A DNA stretch of 64,000 nt from Myxococcota bacterium (lineage in GTDB: Bacteria; Myxococcota_A; UBA796; CAJQPC01), in the NCBI GenBank assembly GCA_036229005.1, contig JAZAMN010000014.1:27179-91178 (forward strand), given 5' to 3'. Below the pieces are notes generated by a model. That model was not told the DNA's origin. It made no database searches and saw only the letters and a list, made by a program, of their open reading frames with translations. This document shows, one piece after another, positions 31,420-42,202 of this stretch (its first letter is position 1; each line of letters starts with the position of its first letter). A program made the translations under genes and the position numbers.

Positions 31420-31491
31420 GACTGTGCTGTCGGGCGCGCACCCTTGGCCCGCGCACGTCATAGAGTGTCAAAGCAAACAGGAGTTCCCCCA

Positions 31492-32058
31492 ATGCTCTCT
31501 CCCGAAAGTGCCCTCCGTCGCCTCCAGGAAGGCAACAACCGCTTCGTCCAGGACAAGCTGGACGGCAAGCTGCAGGACAGCAGCCGCCGCGAGAACCTGA
31601 CCAGCGGCCAGGCCCCCTTCGCCATCGTGCTCTCCTGCGCGGACTCCCGCGTGGTGCCCGAGCTGGCCTTTGATGTGGGTCTCGGGGAGATCTTTGTGTG
31701 CCGGGTGGCGGGCAACGTGGCCAACACCTCGACCATCGCGTCCATCGAGTACGCCGTCGCCCACCTCAAGACCCCGCTGATCCTGGTGCTGGGCCACGAG
31801 AGCTGTGGCGCGGTGACCGCGGCCATCGCGGGTGGGGACAACGGCTACAACCTCAACCACCTGCTCGCGCACATCGAGCCGGCCAAGGCCAAGAGCGCGG
31901 ACCCCAGCGTCAACGGGGTGGTCAAGACCAACGCCTCCCTCACCGCCCAGGAGCTCTGCGAGCGCTCCGCCATCATCAAGGGCGCGGTGGACAGCGGCGC
32001 GCTCAAGATCCAGGCCGGCTACTACGAGCTGGGCAGCGGCAAGGTCGAGCTCCTCTGA
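31492..32058 (+). CDS. beta-class carbonic anhydrase
   Basis: Internal ATG at 31492 preceded by CAGGAG. Motifs: SCADSR, VAGN, GHESCGAV. Confidence 0.9.
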   Translation: MLSPESALRRLQEGNNRFVQDKLDGKLQDSSRRENLTSGQAPFAIVLSCADSRVVPELAFDVGLGEIFVCRVAGNVANTSTIASIEYAVAHLKTPLILVLGHESCGAVTAAIAGGDNGYNLNHLLAHIEPAKAKSADPSVNGVVKTNASLTAQELCERSAIIKGAVDSGALKIQAGYYELGSGKVELL

Positions 32059-32114
32059 GCTGGCTGCGCTGAGAATTGCTTCAAGGCGGGGGGGGCTCGT
32101 CCGATCCCTGGTGC

Positions 32115-32627
32115 ATGAGCGCCCACCCCCTGGCTGAGATCATGGCCGAGACCGCCCCCATCCTGCTGATCGGGGACTCGGACTCCGACCGCTTCCCGCG
32201 GGCCTCCCACGCCAACTACCGCAAGGCGGGGAAGGCCTTCGAGTTCTACGACCTGGGCAAGCGGGACCTGACCCAGCACGTCGATGGCAAGCCCGTCCGA
32301 CGCAGCCTCTCGGAGCTCCCCGAGCAGTGGGGGGGTGATCTCGCGGTCCTCTGGCTGCACCCCGCGTCGGTGCCCGCGGGCCTGGAGGTCGCCGCGGGAG
32401 CCGGCTGCAAGCGGGTCTGGTTCAGCTTCGACACGGGCAGCCCGGGAGGGATCGCCCTGGCGGAGCGTCTGGGGATGCAGGTGGTGGAGGTCGGCCGCTG
32501 TCCGGTCTTCTACATGTCCAGCCGCCATGGCCCTTGCGCGATCCACGGCGGCGTCGTGCAGCTCACCGGACTGCTCGACGGCGCGCCCCGGGTGGCCTTC
32601 CAGAAGGGTCAACGGGAGCTGCTCTAG
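32115..32627 (+). CDS. CoA-binding-domain-like protein
   Basis: [33 protein letters not shown] resembles the YccU/CoA_binding_2 family. The start is uncertain (32115 or 32142). Confidence 0.5.
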   Translation: MSAHPLAEIMAETAPILLIGDSDSDRFPRASHANYRKAGKAFEFYDLGKRDLTQHVDGKPVRRSLSELPEQWGGDLAVLWLHPASVPAGLEVAAGAGCKRVWFSFDTGSPGGIALAERLGMQVVEVGRCPVFYMSSRHGPCAIHGGVVQLTGLLDGAPRVAFQKGQRELL

Positions 32628-34780
32628 TGCCCTCGACCGCGCTGTTGGTCGTCGCAGGGCTCGCGCTGGGCGCGGAGCTGCTGGCGGTGCTCTGGCTCAT
32701 CCCGCGTTCGCGCTCTCGGCGCCTGCTCAGCCTGCAGACCAGCGTGTGCTCCTGGGCGCTGCTGCACATGGTGGCGGTGCTGGGGTTGCGCCTGCAGCTC
32801 AACGCCGAGGCCGAGCTGCTGGCGAATGGTCTGCGCGCCGCTGCCGCGGTCCTCAGCGGCCTCCAGCTCGTGGAGGCGGCGCTGTGCTGGGCGCAGGTCG
32901 GGGACGCACGCGAGCGCCACCGGCTCTTTGGGCCTATGGGCCCGGTGCTGGCCCTGCTCGGTGTCCTGGCGGTGGTGGTGCTGGAGCCGCTGCTCGCGGG
33001 CAGCGCCTTGTCGGCGGTGCATCTGGTGGAGGCTGTGGTCGCGGTCGCGGTCTGCACAGCCCTCCTGCGACAGGCGCCCAAGCGTCTGCTGCGGCTGAAC
33101 CCCAACGGTCTGTTCCAGGAGCTCCCTTGGCTGCTGTTCACCTCGCTGGTACTGCTCAATGCGATGGTGTGGTTGCTCTCTGATGACCCGAGGGTGTGGA
33201 TGGGCAGCCTGGCCCTCCACGCAGGCCTCGTCCTCCTCTGGGCCTGGTCAGCGGACCGCGCACACCCGCTGAGTCTGGGGCCTGGAAACGCGGGCGCGGC
33301 GTCCCTGCGGAGCCTCCAGGAGGCGCTGATCCTCTTGAACCGCGGTGGGATCGTGGACTACGCCAACCCGGCGTCGGTGCGGATGCTGGGGATGGACCTG
33401 ACGGGCAGCGCCCTGACCTCCGTGTTGGAGGGCGGCACCCTCAAGCCCGGCCTGCGGCGGATGCGCAGCGGCTCCGGCGAGTGGCTGGATGTGATGTGCA
33501 GCCTGGCCCCCATCCACCTTGGGGGGGAACGCGTCGGCACGGCGGTGTCGCTGGTCGACATCGGGGAGCTGCAGGAGGCGCGGCGCTCGGCGGAGCAGGC
33601 GGCGCAGGCGCGGGCGGACTTCCTGGCAGTCATGAGCCATGAGATCCGCACACCAATGAACGGGGTGCTGGGGCTGGCCCACCTGCTCGCGGACACCCGG
33701 CTGGACGAGACCCAGACCAAGTGGGTGGGGACGATGGTGCAGAGCGCCGATGCGCTGCTGGTCATGCTCTCGGACATCCTGGACCTCTCCCGCATCGAGT
33801 CGGGGCAGGTGGAGCTGGAGATGGTGGCCTGGGAGCCTCACAAGGTGCTGGAGGCCAGCCTGGAGGTGGTGCGGCCCCAGGCCGAGAGCAAGGGTCTGGA
33901 GCTGATCCTGGAGGACACCGCGCTCCCATCGTTCGTCAAGGGCGACCCGACGCGCTTCCGGCAGGTGGTGCTGAACCTGCTCTCGAACGCGGTGAAGTTC
34001 ACGCACGAGGGGCGGGTGACCGTCCGCGCCGGGTGGGCGGATGGCCGCCTGAGCGTGCAGGTCGAAGACACCGGCATCGGCATCCCCGCCGAGCAGATCA
34101 GTGGCCTGTTCGACGCCTTCACGCAGGTCGACAGCTCCCACACGCGGCGCTTTGGTGGCTCGGGGCTGGGGCTGGCGATCAGCCGCAGCTTCGTGGAGAT
34201 GATGGGGGGCCAGCTCACCGTCGAGAGCGCGGTGGGGTACGGGAGCTGCTTCGGTCTGGAGATAGACGCGCCCAGGGCCCGCGGAATCGTTCGGCGCACC
34301 AGCCCCACGGGCACTCGGGTCGCCATGGCCAGGCTGCGGGTGCTCATCGTCGAGGACAACGCGGTGAACCGCATGGTGCTCAAGGCGATGCTCGCGAACC
34401 TGGGCATCGAGCCGCTGGAGGCCGAGAACGGCCAGGAGGGGGTGGACGTGGTGCTGCACAGCCGCGTGGACGTGGTGATCATGGACCTGCAGATGCCGGT
34501 CATGGACGGGTGGGAGGCCATCGGGCACATCCGACAGTCGCTGGGGGAACGGTCTCCCTGGATCGTGGCGCACTCCGCGAACGTGCGACAGGAGGACATC
34601 GCGCGCGCCCTGGAGGCTGGCGCCGACGACCACCTGGCCAAGCCCACAACCCCCGCCAAGGTGGAGGCCGCGCTCTATCGGGGGCTGCTCGAGCGCAGGG
34701 GGGACCTGCGGGGCAGCTCGCTGATGCTGGAGCCCGAGAACAACCCCTTCCGCGTCAACGCAACTGGAACCCGAGGGTGA
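32627..34780 (+). CDS. membrane PAS-like hybrid sensor histidine kinase/response regulator
   Basis: GTG at 32627 overlaps the upstream TAG (TAGTG). TM-rich N-terminus. H-box [13 protein letters not shown]. HATPase motifs [26 protein letters not shown]. Receiver: VLIVEDN...[13 protein letters not shown]...KP. Confidence 0.85.
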   Translation: MPSTALLVVAGLALGAELLAVLWLIPRSRSRRLLSLQTSVCSWALLHMVAVLGLRLQLNAEAELLANGLRAAAAVLSGLQLVEAALCWAQVGDARERHRLFGPMGPVLALLGVLAVVVLEPLLAGSALSAVHLVEAVVAVAVCTALLRQAPKRLLRLNPNGLFQELPWLLFTSLVLLNAMVWLLSDDPRVWMGSLALHAGLVLLWAWSADRAHPLSLGPGNAGAASLRSLQEALILLNRGGIVDYANPASVRMLGMDLTGSALTSVLEGGTLKPGLRRMRSGSGEWLDVMCSLAPIHLGGERVGTAVSLVDIGELQEARRSAEQAAQARADFLAVMSHEIRTPMNGVLGLAHLLADTRLDETQTKWVGTMVQSADALLVMLSDILDLSRIESGQVELEMVAWEPHKVLEASLEVVRPQAESKGLELILEDTALPSFVKGDPTRFRQVVLNLLSNAVKFTHEGRVTVRAGWADGRLSVQVEDTGIGIPAEQISGLFDAFTQVDSSHTRRFGGSGLGLAISRSFVEMMGGQLTVESAVGYGSCFGLEIDAPRARGIVRRTSPTGTRVAMARLRVLIVEDNAVNRMVLKAMLANLGIEPLEAENGQEGVDVVLHSRVDVVIMDLQMPVMDGWEAIGHIRQSLGERSPWIVAHSANVRQEDIARALEAGADDHLAKPTTPAKVEAALYRGLLERRGDLRGSSLMLEPENNPFRVNATGTRG

Positions 34781-35582
34781 GCGCCGTGAGGTGGATCCAG
34801 TTGCGGTTGTAGCCGTCGCCGGGGCCCGTGTTGTCGTCGTCCGTCCCCACCGCGCCGCCGCCGATGTAGCGGAGGCTCAGGTACGCATCCACGCCGCTGT
34901 CCAGCTCCAGCCCCACGCGGGCGTTGGCGTCCAGGATGGCGCCGACCACGTCGTTGTTGTCGCCGTTGAGGTAGCTGATGGGCGCGTAGAAGCCGTCCGC
35001 CTCCACCCCCCACCAAGCCTGCTCACCGAAGGGCTGCCGGGTGCGTACCTTGAGGATGGGGACCGGCCCGATGTTCCGGTTGCTGCGCTGCTGGGTGCCG
35101 TCCTCCGAGCGGAAGTCGATCACGGCGTTGCGGAGCTGCAGGCTCGCGCCGATGGCCAGCTCGCGGTCGGCCCCGGGCTGGAGGTCGTAGAGGTAGGAGG
35201 CGCGGGTGTAGGAGAAGCCGTAGCGCAGGGCCATGGGGGTGCCGGCGGCGAACACCTCGTCGTCCACCACCAGGTCCTCTTGCAGCAGCACCGAGGTCTG
35301 CAGGTCCAGGGGCTGGTAGAGCAGCACGATGCTGTGGCGCTGGCCCAGGTCCAGGTCGGCGCTCCAGCGGGTGGTCGCAAAGAGGTTGTCCTGGCCGCCG
35401 TCCTTGACGTAGTCAAAGTAGGTGCCGTCCTGGTCGAACTGGATCTTGTGGGAGACGGGCAGCAGCGCGCCGACCTCGGCGTTCAGGCGGACCCGGGGGC
35501 CCTGTTGGCGGTCGCCGTTGAGCCAGGAGTCGTCGCGGTCGGGGGTGGTGGCCAGCGCCAGGGAGCTGATGAGCAGGAGCAT
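34755..35582 (-). CDS. putative outer-membrane beta-barrel protein
   Basis: Internal ATG 35580-35582 gives signal peptide [11 protein letters not shown]. The body shows an alternating beta-strand pattern. Its 3' end overlaps the convergent kinase gene by 26 nt. Confidence 0.5.
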   Translation of the reverse strand: MLLLISSLALATTPDRDDSWLNGDRQQGPRVRLNAEVGALLPVSHKIQFDQDGTYFDYVKDGGQDNLFATTRWSADLDLGQRHSIVLLYQPLDLQTSVLLQEDLVVDDEVFAAGTPMALRYGFSYTRASYLYDLQPGADRELAIGASLQLRNAVIDFRSEDGTQQRSNRNIGPVPILKVRTRQPFGEQAWWGVEADGFYAPISYLNGDNNDVVGAILDANARVGLELDSGVDAYLSLRYIGGGAVGTDDDNTGPGDGYNRNWIHLTALTLGFQLR

Positions 35583-35688
35583 TTGGGAGAGCCCTCTTGG
35601 GTGTGTGCAAAGTATATACAATCTATCTCCATGGGTTGCACCCCGCCGCACCCGTGCTCCCCCGGGGTACCCTGGGAGTGGAGATTCC

Positions 35689-36198
35689 ATGCCCACTCTG
35701 CTGCTGCTGACCTTGGCCTGCGCCAAAGACGACCCCACCGACACCGCGCTGGACACCCAGGACCCTGGATCCGCCGTGGTGCTGCACATCAACGAGCTGA
35801 TGGCCTCCAACAGCAGCGGCGTCCAGGACGAAGGCGGGGCCTACCCCGACTGGATCGAGCTCTACAACCCGGGCGACCAGGACATCGACCTGACCGGCTA
35901 CCGCATCACCGACGATCTGGACGAGCCCGACAAGTACATCCTGGCCGGCGTCACGGTCCCTGCAGGCGGCTATCTGCTGCTCTACGCGGACGGCGACACC
36001 GACGAGGGCCTGCAGCACCTGGGCTTCAAGCTGTCCAAGGACGGGGAGTCCGTGGGGCTCTACACCGTCGCCGACGAGCTGGTGGACTCGGTCCGCTTCG
36101 AGGCCCAGGAGACCGACATCTCCTACGCCCGGGTCAGCGACGGGGCCGCCGAGTGGGTCACCGACGACACCCCCACGCCGGGCGCCGCCAACGAGTAG
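35689..36198 (+). CDS. lamin-tail-domain (LTD) lipoprotein
   Basis: Internal ATG 35689. Lipobox LLLLTLAC. LTD-like INELMASN...YPDWIELYNPGDQDIDLTGYRITDD. Confidence 0.7.
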   Translation: MPTLLLLTLACAKDDPTDTALDTQDPGSAVVLHINELMASNSSGVQDEGGAYPDWIELYNPGDQDIDLTGYRITDDLDEPDKYILAGVTVPAGGYLLLYADGDTDEGLQHLGFKLSKDGESVGLYTVADELVDSVRFEAQETDISYARVSDGAAEWVTDDTPTPGAANE

Positions 36199-36221
36199 CG
36201 GTCACCCCAGCGGAGAGGGGC

Positions 36222-38945
36222 CTACTTGGCGGCCAGCTCTTCGGGGCTCAGGGCGCGCACCCGCACCGCGCACACCTTGTACTCGGCGGTCTGGGTGACG
36301 GGATCGCCCGCGTCGTTGGTGAGCCGGTTGGTGTTGGACTCGGCAAAGTGCAGGGGCATCCAGACGCACCCGCGCTTCATGCGGGGGCTGATGTTGACCG
36401 CCGCGGTGACCTCGCCGCGCCGAGAGCTGACCCGCACGAGCTGACCATCCTCCAGGCCCAGGCGGTGGGCGTCCCGCTTGTGCATCTCCACAAAGTTCTG
36501 TGGCTGCTTTGCGTGGGCACCCGAGGCCCGCCGCGTCTGGGTCGCGCTGTTGTAGTGGTACAGCGTCCGGCCTGTCGACAGCAGCAGGGGGTAGTCCCGA
36601 TCGGGGAGCTCTTCGCTGGGGCGGTAGAAGATGGGCTGGAGGGGCCCGCGCCCGATGATGGGGCCGTCGCTGTGCAGGGTGGGGGTCCCGGGATGCAGCG
36701 GATCGGGGCACGGCCACTGCAGGCCCTCCACCGTCTGCTCCAGGCGCTCGTACGAGATGCCTGAGAACTTGGGCGCCAGCGAGGCCATCTCGGCGTAGAT
36801 TTCGCCAGGGCCCGCGTAGTCGGGCATGGGGTAGCCCACCGCCTGGGCCAGCTCGACCAGGATCTCCCAGTCGGCCCGGGCCTGTCCTGGGGGCTCGACG
36901 GCCTTGCGCACGCGCTGCACGCGGCGGTCGGAGTTGGTGAACACCCCGTCCTTCTCGGCAAAGCACGCGGCGGGCAGCACCACGTCCGCGAAGCGGGCGG
37001 TCTCGTTCAGGAAGATGTCCTGGAGCACCAGGAAGTCCAGGGTGTTGAGCCCCTGCTCCAGCTTCTCGGTGTTGGGCTCGGAGAGCACGATGTCCTCGCC
37101 CATCACGTAGAGCCCGTGGATACCGCGCCCCAGGTGCTTCATCATCACGTTGAGGTTCATCCCCGGCTCAGGGGACAGGGGCACGCCCCAGCCGGCCTCG
37201 AAGTGGGCTTGGGCTGCAGGGTCATCCACCCGCTGGTAGCCGGGGTAGTACACGGGGCTCGCGCCCGCGTCGTTGGCGCCCTGGACGTTGTTCTGGCCGC
37301 GCAGGGGGTTCATGCCCATGCTGGGCTCGCCCAGGTGGCCTGTCGCAAGAACCAGGTTCGCGAGCCCATACACGTTGTCCGTGCCGTGGCTGTGCTCGGT
37401 GATGCCCAGGGTGTAGTAGATGCCGGCCTTGCGGGTGCTGGCGTACCAGCGGGCGGCGGTGCGGATGTCGTCTGCGGGGACGCCCGTGATCTCCTCGGCC
37501 CACTCCGGGGTGCTGTCTGCGACGTTGTCGACCAGCCGCTCCCACCCGGTGGTGTGCTGCTCAATGAACGCGCGGTCCTGCAGCCCCTCGTCCACGATCA
37601 CGTGCATCAGCGCCTTGAGCAGCGCGACGTCGGTGCCGGGCTTGAGCTGCAGATACAGATCGGCGATGTCGGCCAGCCAGATGCGACGGGGATCCGCCAC
37701 GATCAGCTTGGCGCCACGCCTCTTGGCCCGCTTCATCTCCATCGCGATGATGGGGTGCGCTTCCGTGGTGTTGCTCCCGATGACGAACATCAGCTCCGTG
37801 TCCCGGATCTCCGGGATGGAGTTGGTCATCGCGCCTGCTCCGAACATGGTCACCAGACCGGCGACCGTGGGAGCGTGTCACGTCGCCGCGCATTGATGGC
37901 AGTTGTTCGTGCCAAAGGCTGCGCGGGCCAGTTTCTGCATCAGGTAGTTCTCCTCGCCGGTGCAGCGAGACGAGGAGACAAAGCCGAGACCATCGGCGCC
38001 GTAGCGCTGCTTGACGCCCATCAGCCCCTGGGCGGCCACGCGCATGGCGTGCTCCCAGGTCGTGGGCTCCAGCTCCCCCTGGTCGTTGCGGACCAGCGGC
38101 TGGGTGAGGCGCTCACCGTGGTGGATGAACTCGTAGGAGAAGCGCCCCTTCACGCAGAGGTTGCCGTCGTTGACGGTCTCTCCGGGGGGCGGGCTGGTGA
38201 CCCGCACGACCTTGCCGTCGCGGGCGTGCAGGTTGACCTGGCAGCCCACGCCGCAGAAGTTGCAGGTGCTGCGTACAACCTGCTCTTTGTGGTGATCGCT
38301 CTGCAGCGAGGGCTTCTCCGACATGGCCCCGGTGGGGCACACCGCGATGCAGCCGCCGCAGAGCTCGCAGCTCGTGTCCAGCAGGCCCTTGTCGTCGGCG
38401 GTGCCGATGGTGGTCCTGGCGCCGCGGCCCGACAGGGTGATGGCGGAGACGGCCTCGACCTCGTCGCAGTAGCGCACGCACAGGTTGCAGAGAACGCAGG
38501 CGTTGGGCTCGAAGTGGATGTAGGGGTTGGGGTCGTCCCGGCCCGCGCGCGGCGCCTGGATGGGCGGCAGGCTGGGGCCGTGCCCGTGGGCGATGACCTG
38601 CTCGCGCAGCTTGTTGCCGGTGCCCCGGTCGGCGGGGAGCCCGTCGGCGTCCAGAGCGTGGTCGGCCATGTACATGGACAGCAGCATCTCGCGGTGCCGC
38701 TTGACCTTGGCGCTCTCGCTCTGGACCTTCATGTCGGGGGCGGCCTTGAAGGCGCAGGAGGGCTGCAGCCGCCGCTGTCCCTCGATCTCCACCAGACACA
38801 TGCGACAGGAGCCCATGGGGTCGACCCGGTCCTCTTGACACAGAGTGGGGACATCGACCCCGTTCCTGCGACAGACGTCCAGGAGGGTCTCGCCCTCCGT
38901 CGCGGAGACCTGGGCGCCGTTCAGCTCCAGGGTGAACTCAGACAT
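36222..38945 (-). CDS. fdhA: formate dehydrogenase alpha subunit, selenocysteine-containing (in-frame TGA at 37878-37880)
   Basis: Track ORFs 37878..39074 and 36222..37853 are in the same frame, separated only by the TGA: ...FGTNNCHQCAAT-U-HAPTVAGLVTMFGAGAMTNS. This aligns with E. coli FdhF CARVUHGPSVAGL. The N-terminus has 2Fe-2S and 4Fe-4S Cys clusters, followed by a molybdopterin oxidoreductase body. Start at ATG 38943-38945 (MSEFTLELNG). Confidence 0.85.
37837..37880 (-). other. UGA(Sec) codon plus SECIS-like hairpin
   Basis: mRNA: UGA CAC GCUCC cac GGUCGCC-GGUCU-GGUGACC auguuc GGAGC. The upper stem is 7 bp (one G.U) with loop GGUCU. The lower stem is GCUCC/GGAGC. The loop sits at the same codon offset as in E. 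coli fdhF. Confidence 0.7.
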
Positions 38946-40458
38946 CTTCGGCTGCCTCGCGCTGCTGAAAGTCCTGGGGGAAGTGCTCCATCGCGCTCTT
39001 GAGGGGGAGGGAGGCGACCATCCCCAGCCCGCAGATCGAGCCTGCATCCATCTCCCAGTGGACCGCCTCCACATGGGTCAGGGACTCGGTGGCCCCAGCG
39101 AGGTGCGACTGGATGGCTTGCCGCTGCATGCGACAACCGATGCGACAGGGCGCGCACTGGCCGCAGCTCTCATCCTCGAAGAACACCTGCTGCCACAGCG
39201 CCGCTTGGGCCATGTCCACCGTGTCGTTGAGCACGACCGCGCCCGCGCTGCCCAGCATGGAGCCCAGCTTGGGCAGGCCCTTGAAGTCCAAGGGCTGCTC
39301 GGCCTGCGACATGGGCAGGAAGCCGCTGGAGGCGCCCCCCGGCGAGAAGGCCTTGGGGGTGCCCAGGTAGCCGCCCGCGGCGTCCACGAGCTGGGTGAGG
39401 GTCGCACCCAGGGGCAGCTCGTAGGTACCGGGCCGCTGAACGTGACCGCTGATGCAATACAGTTTGGTCCCCGGCTCGGTGGCGCCCTGCGCCTGGAACC
39501 ACTGCCCGCCGCGCAGCACGATGCTGGGCACGCAGGCCAGGGTCTCGACGTTGTTGATCAGCGTGGGCTGCCCAAAGAGCCCGACCTGGGTGGGGTAGGG
39601 GGGCTTGAGGCGCGGCATGCCGCGCTTGCCCTCGATGGCCTCCAGCAGGGCGGTCTCCTCGCCGCAGATGTAGGCCCCGTGCCCCATGACCAGGCGCACA
39701 TCCAGCCCGGAGAGGTGGGGTCGGGCCTGCGCGAGGGCCGCCTCCAGGCTCCTCCTCGGCGCCGGGAACTCCCCGCGGATGTAGATGTATGCGCGCTGGG
39801 CGCCCACGAACCACGCGGCGATGGCCAGCCCCTCGATCAGGCGGTGGGGGCGGCGCAGCATGACCTCGCGGTCCTTGAAGGTGCCGGGCTCGCCCTCGTC
39901 GGCGTTGACCACCACGTAGGGGGTGCCGGGCTCTGCGCGCACCGCCTTCCACTTGAAGAAGGCGGGGAAGCCGGCACCGCCGCGGCCCTGGAGACCGCTG
40001 GACTGGAGTTCCTCCAGGAAGGCGTCGTGTCCCAGCTCCTTGGCGCGCTGCAGGGCCGAATAGCTGGCGTCGTCCGCGCCCCCCAGGTTGATGGGCAGCT
40101 CCGGGTCAGCCGGCGTGACGCCCCCCAGGGGGCCGCTGTGCTCCAACTCCAGGTCGGCGTCGATGTGGATGGGGGCCACATCGCAGTGGCCCAGGCAGCT
40201 CACCTTCTCGACGGGCAGGCCCTGGGCCTCCAGGCGCGCTGCCAGAGCATCGGCGCCCTTGAGCTGGCAGCTCAGGCCCTGACAGACCCGCGTGACGCCC
40301 GGCCGGGCGAGCAGGGTGTAGAAGCTGGCCACGCCGTAGACATCGGCCTCGGGGATGCCGGTCTGCTGGCTGACGCTGCGGGCGACGCCGGGGATCTTTC
40401 CGCCGTGGTGCTCCAGCAGGTCCATGACCTTGGGGCGGTCGGCGTTGTGCTTCTCCAT
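38938..40458 (-). CDS. NAD-linked formate dehydrogenase beta-like subunit (fused NuoE-like and NuoF-like domains)
   Basis: NuoE-like N-terminus (VYGVASFYTLL, CQGLSC...CLGHC). NuoF motifs: GRGGAGFP, NADEGEPGTFKDR, ESCGQCAPCR. Start is ATG 40458 (or TTG 40491). Its stop overlaps the fdhA start (ATGTCTGA). Confidence 0.85.
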   Translation of the reverse strand: MEKHNADRPKVMDLLEHHGGKIPGVARSVSQQTGIPEADVYGVASFYTLLARPGVTRVCQGLSCQLKGADALAARLEAQGLPVEKVSCLGHCDVAPIHIDADLELEHSGPLGGVTPADPELPINLGGADDASYSALQRAKELGHDAFLEELQSSGLQGRGGAGFPAFFKWKAVRAEPGTPYVVVNADEGEPGTFKDREVMLRRPHRLIEGLAIAAWFVGAQRAYIYIRGEFPAPRRSLEAALAQARPHLSGLDVRLVMGHGAYICGEETALLEAIEGKRGMPRLKPPYPTQVGLFGQPTLINNVETLACVPSIVLRGGQWFQAQGATEPGTKLYCISGHVQRPGTYELPLGATLTQLVDAAGGYLGTPKAFSPGGASSGFLPMSQAEQPLDFKGLPKLGSMLGSAGAVVLNDTVDMAQAALWQQVFFEDESCGQCAPCRIGCRMQRQAIQSHLAGATESLTHVEAVHWEMDAGSICGLGMVASLPLKSAMEHFPQDFQQREAAEDV

Positions 40459-40494
40459 TTGGGGAGCGTAGCAGCTTTGTGCCGATTGCAACCG

Positions 40495-41124
40495 TCAGGA
40501 AACGGTGTTCTCCGTACGTCCAGCGAGCTCAGCGAGATCGGCGAGCCACTGGTGCAGCGTGGGCAGGTGGTCGATGGGAGGGGACTCTGCGCGGAGCACG
40601 CAGGGCGCGTCGGGGAAGAGCCCCTGGGCGTACATGGCCCGGTCATCCGTGCTGCCCAGGGAGAAGCGCAGCTCCGGCGAGTTGTTGGCGAGATCCATCA
40701 AGAAGGCGCGCAGCTCGGGCCCCGGCTGCAGGCCGTGGGGGATGCCCTCCCACACCTTGGAGAACTCCCGCCCGTGGGGCGACAAGCGGGTGCGGCGCAG
40801 CGTGCCGCCGAAGGGCTGCAGGTCCAGCGGCATCACGGCCACCAGCTTCTGGCCCAGGCGCACGGAGGCGGGGGCGTCGCTGCTGCTCGCTCGGTAGGAG
40901 GCGCTCACCATGGCCTTGATCCGGACCGGGCGGCCCTGGGCGTGGCCCGCGAGCCAGGGCTCCGGCTCCACGGGGGTGAAGCCCCCAAGCGCGATCCGCT
41001 CGGAGAGGGCATCTCGGCCCGCCTCGGCGCGCCCGCGCTGCTTGAGACCGGCCCAGACGCCCAGCCCGATCGCCACCGGGAGACCCAGCGGGAGCAGGCA
41101 GGCGAGGCCGGTCAGCCAGTCCAC
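40495..41124 (-). CDS. membrane-anchored hypothetical protein
   Basis: GTG at 41122-41124 overlaps the YceI stop (TAGTG). N-terminal TM helix LTGLACLLPLGLPVAIGLGVWAGL. Confidence 0.45.
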   Translation of the reverse strand: MDWLTGLACLLPLGLPVAIGLGVWAGLKQRGRAEAGRDALSERIALGGFTPVEPEPWLAGHAQGRPVRIKAMVSASYRASSSDAPASVRLGQKLVAVMPLDLQPFGGTLRRTRLSPHGREFSKVWEGIPHGLQPGPELRAFLMDLANNSPELRFSLGSTDDRAMYAQGLFPDAPCVLRAESPPIDHLPTLHQWLADLAELAGRTENTVS

Positions 41125-41756
41125 TACTCGGCGATCAGCTCGAGGGAGCCGCTGACCTTGACCGCGTCCCCGATGGACTCGTGGGCGCACTCGGTGATCA
41201 GGGCCTGCAGGTTCTCACCCAGGCCGGCCGCGGCGATGGAGACCTCGAAGGGGGCCTTGCTCGCCAGGGTGTAGGTGGTCTCGCCGGTGCGGGTCAGGGT
41301 GGCCTCGAAGGAGACCGGGGCCTTTCCGGTGTAGAAGGCGACCTCGCCCGAGAGGGGCAGGGTGGTGCTGGCGCCCTGCTCCAGAGCGGGCATCTCCGGA
41401 AAGGTCACGGTCCAGGTGGCGTTGGGGTGCTCGCCGGCGTGGAAGAAGGTGTCGTGCAGGCGCTGATCGCGCAGCTCCATGCCGGAGTTCCAGGTGGACA
41501 CGGGGATGCTCAGCTCGCTGGGCTTGCCGGAGAAGGCGATCTGTCCGGTGGGGGCGTCCACGGTGGCGCCGACCTCAGCGCTGCCGTTCTTGATCTGCAC
41601 GAGCTGGAGCTGGCCGCCGCGCACGGTCAGGGGCTGCTGGGGTGCGGCCTTGGGCTCGGCCTCCTTGCCGGCCTCCGCGCTGGGGGCCTGGTCGCCTGCG
41701 GGGGCGGTGGACTCGGCGGGGGTGCAGGCGAGGGCGAGCAGGATCAGGGACAGCAT
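41124..41756 (-). CDS. YceI-like lipoprotein
   Basis: 210 aa. Lipobox LILLALAC. YceI-like core WNSGMELRDQRLHDTFFHAGEHPNATW...GEVAFYTGKAPVSFEATL. Confidence 0.8.
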   Translation of the reverse strand: MLSLILLALACTPAESTAPAGDQAPSAEAGKEAEPKAAPQQPLTVRGGQLQLVQIKNGSAEVGATVDAPTGQIAFSGKPSELSIPVSTWNSGMELRDQRLHDTFFHAGEHPNATWTVTFPEMPALEQGASTTLPLSGEVAFYTGKAPVSFEATLTRTGETTYTLASKAPFEVSIAAAGLGENLQALITECAHESIGDAVKVSGSLELIAE

Positions 41757-41833
41757 GAAGACTCCAACAGGTGCGGCTGTTTCTATCTATGTGGGCCACG
41801 CGGCGCGATATCTTGCTCTCCCGGGAGGTCGCC

Positions 41834-42202
41834 GTGAAGCTCCGACTGCTGATGCGAGAAGAACTGGTCTCCGTGCTGCCCGAGATGTCTGCGGACCTGG
41901 CGCTGCGGGCCATGCAGGACCATGACTTCCACCACTTCCCGGTCGTGGACACCGACAGCCAGCTCGTGGGCGTGGTGTCGGACCGGGACCTGCTGCGACA
42001 CGCCGAGAGCCTGCGCAGCCTGCGGGTGATGGACGTCATGAGCACCCCGGCCATCTGCATGAGCCCCGAAGCCAGCGTCGCCGAGGCCGCCGCCCTGATG
42101 ATCCAGGACCACCTGAGCTGCATCCCGCTGCTGGAGGATGGCGCGCTGGTGGGCATCGTCACCCACATCGACCTGCTCAGCCTCTTGTCTCGGGACCTGT
42201 AG
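41834..42202 (+). CDS. CBS-pair domain protein
   Basis: GTG at 41834 lies 5 nt after GGGAGG. Two CBS motifs (HHFPVVDTDSQLVGVVSDRDLL; LSCIPLLEDGALVGIVTHIDLL). Confidence 0.75.
   Translation: MKLRLLMREELVSVLPEMSADLALRAMQDHDFHHFPVVDTDSQLVGVVSDRDLLRHAESLRSLRVMDVMSTPAICMSPEASVAEAAALMIQDHLSCIPLLEDGALVGIVTHIDLLSLLSRDL

Noticed and set aside
34755-34780. 26-nt overlap of the 3' ends of the convergent histidine kinase and outer-membrane-protein genes as a regulatory antisense feature.
   Set aside because: Short convergent overlaps are common in compact GC-rich genomes, and one of the two stops may simply be fortuitously late. There is no supporting structure or motif.
36222-39074. Reading the split formate dehydrogenase as a pseudogene or as two separate genes.
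   Set aside because: Both parts are in one frame, and the single TGA aligns with the catalytic Sec/Cys position. A SECIS-like hairpin follows at the canonical distance. No other frame disruptions are visible.
40495-41124. The 209-aa membrane protein as a third paralog of the 42376..44429 pair.
   Set aside because: Only the general layout (N-terminal TM helix plus soluble domain) is shared. The diagnostic motifs HPIADSLL, LAER.GWPL and HG.PGSEV are absent.
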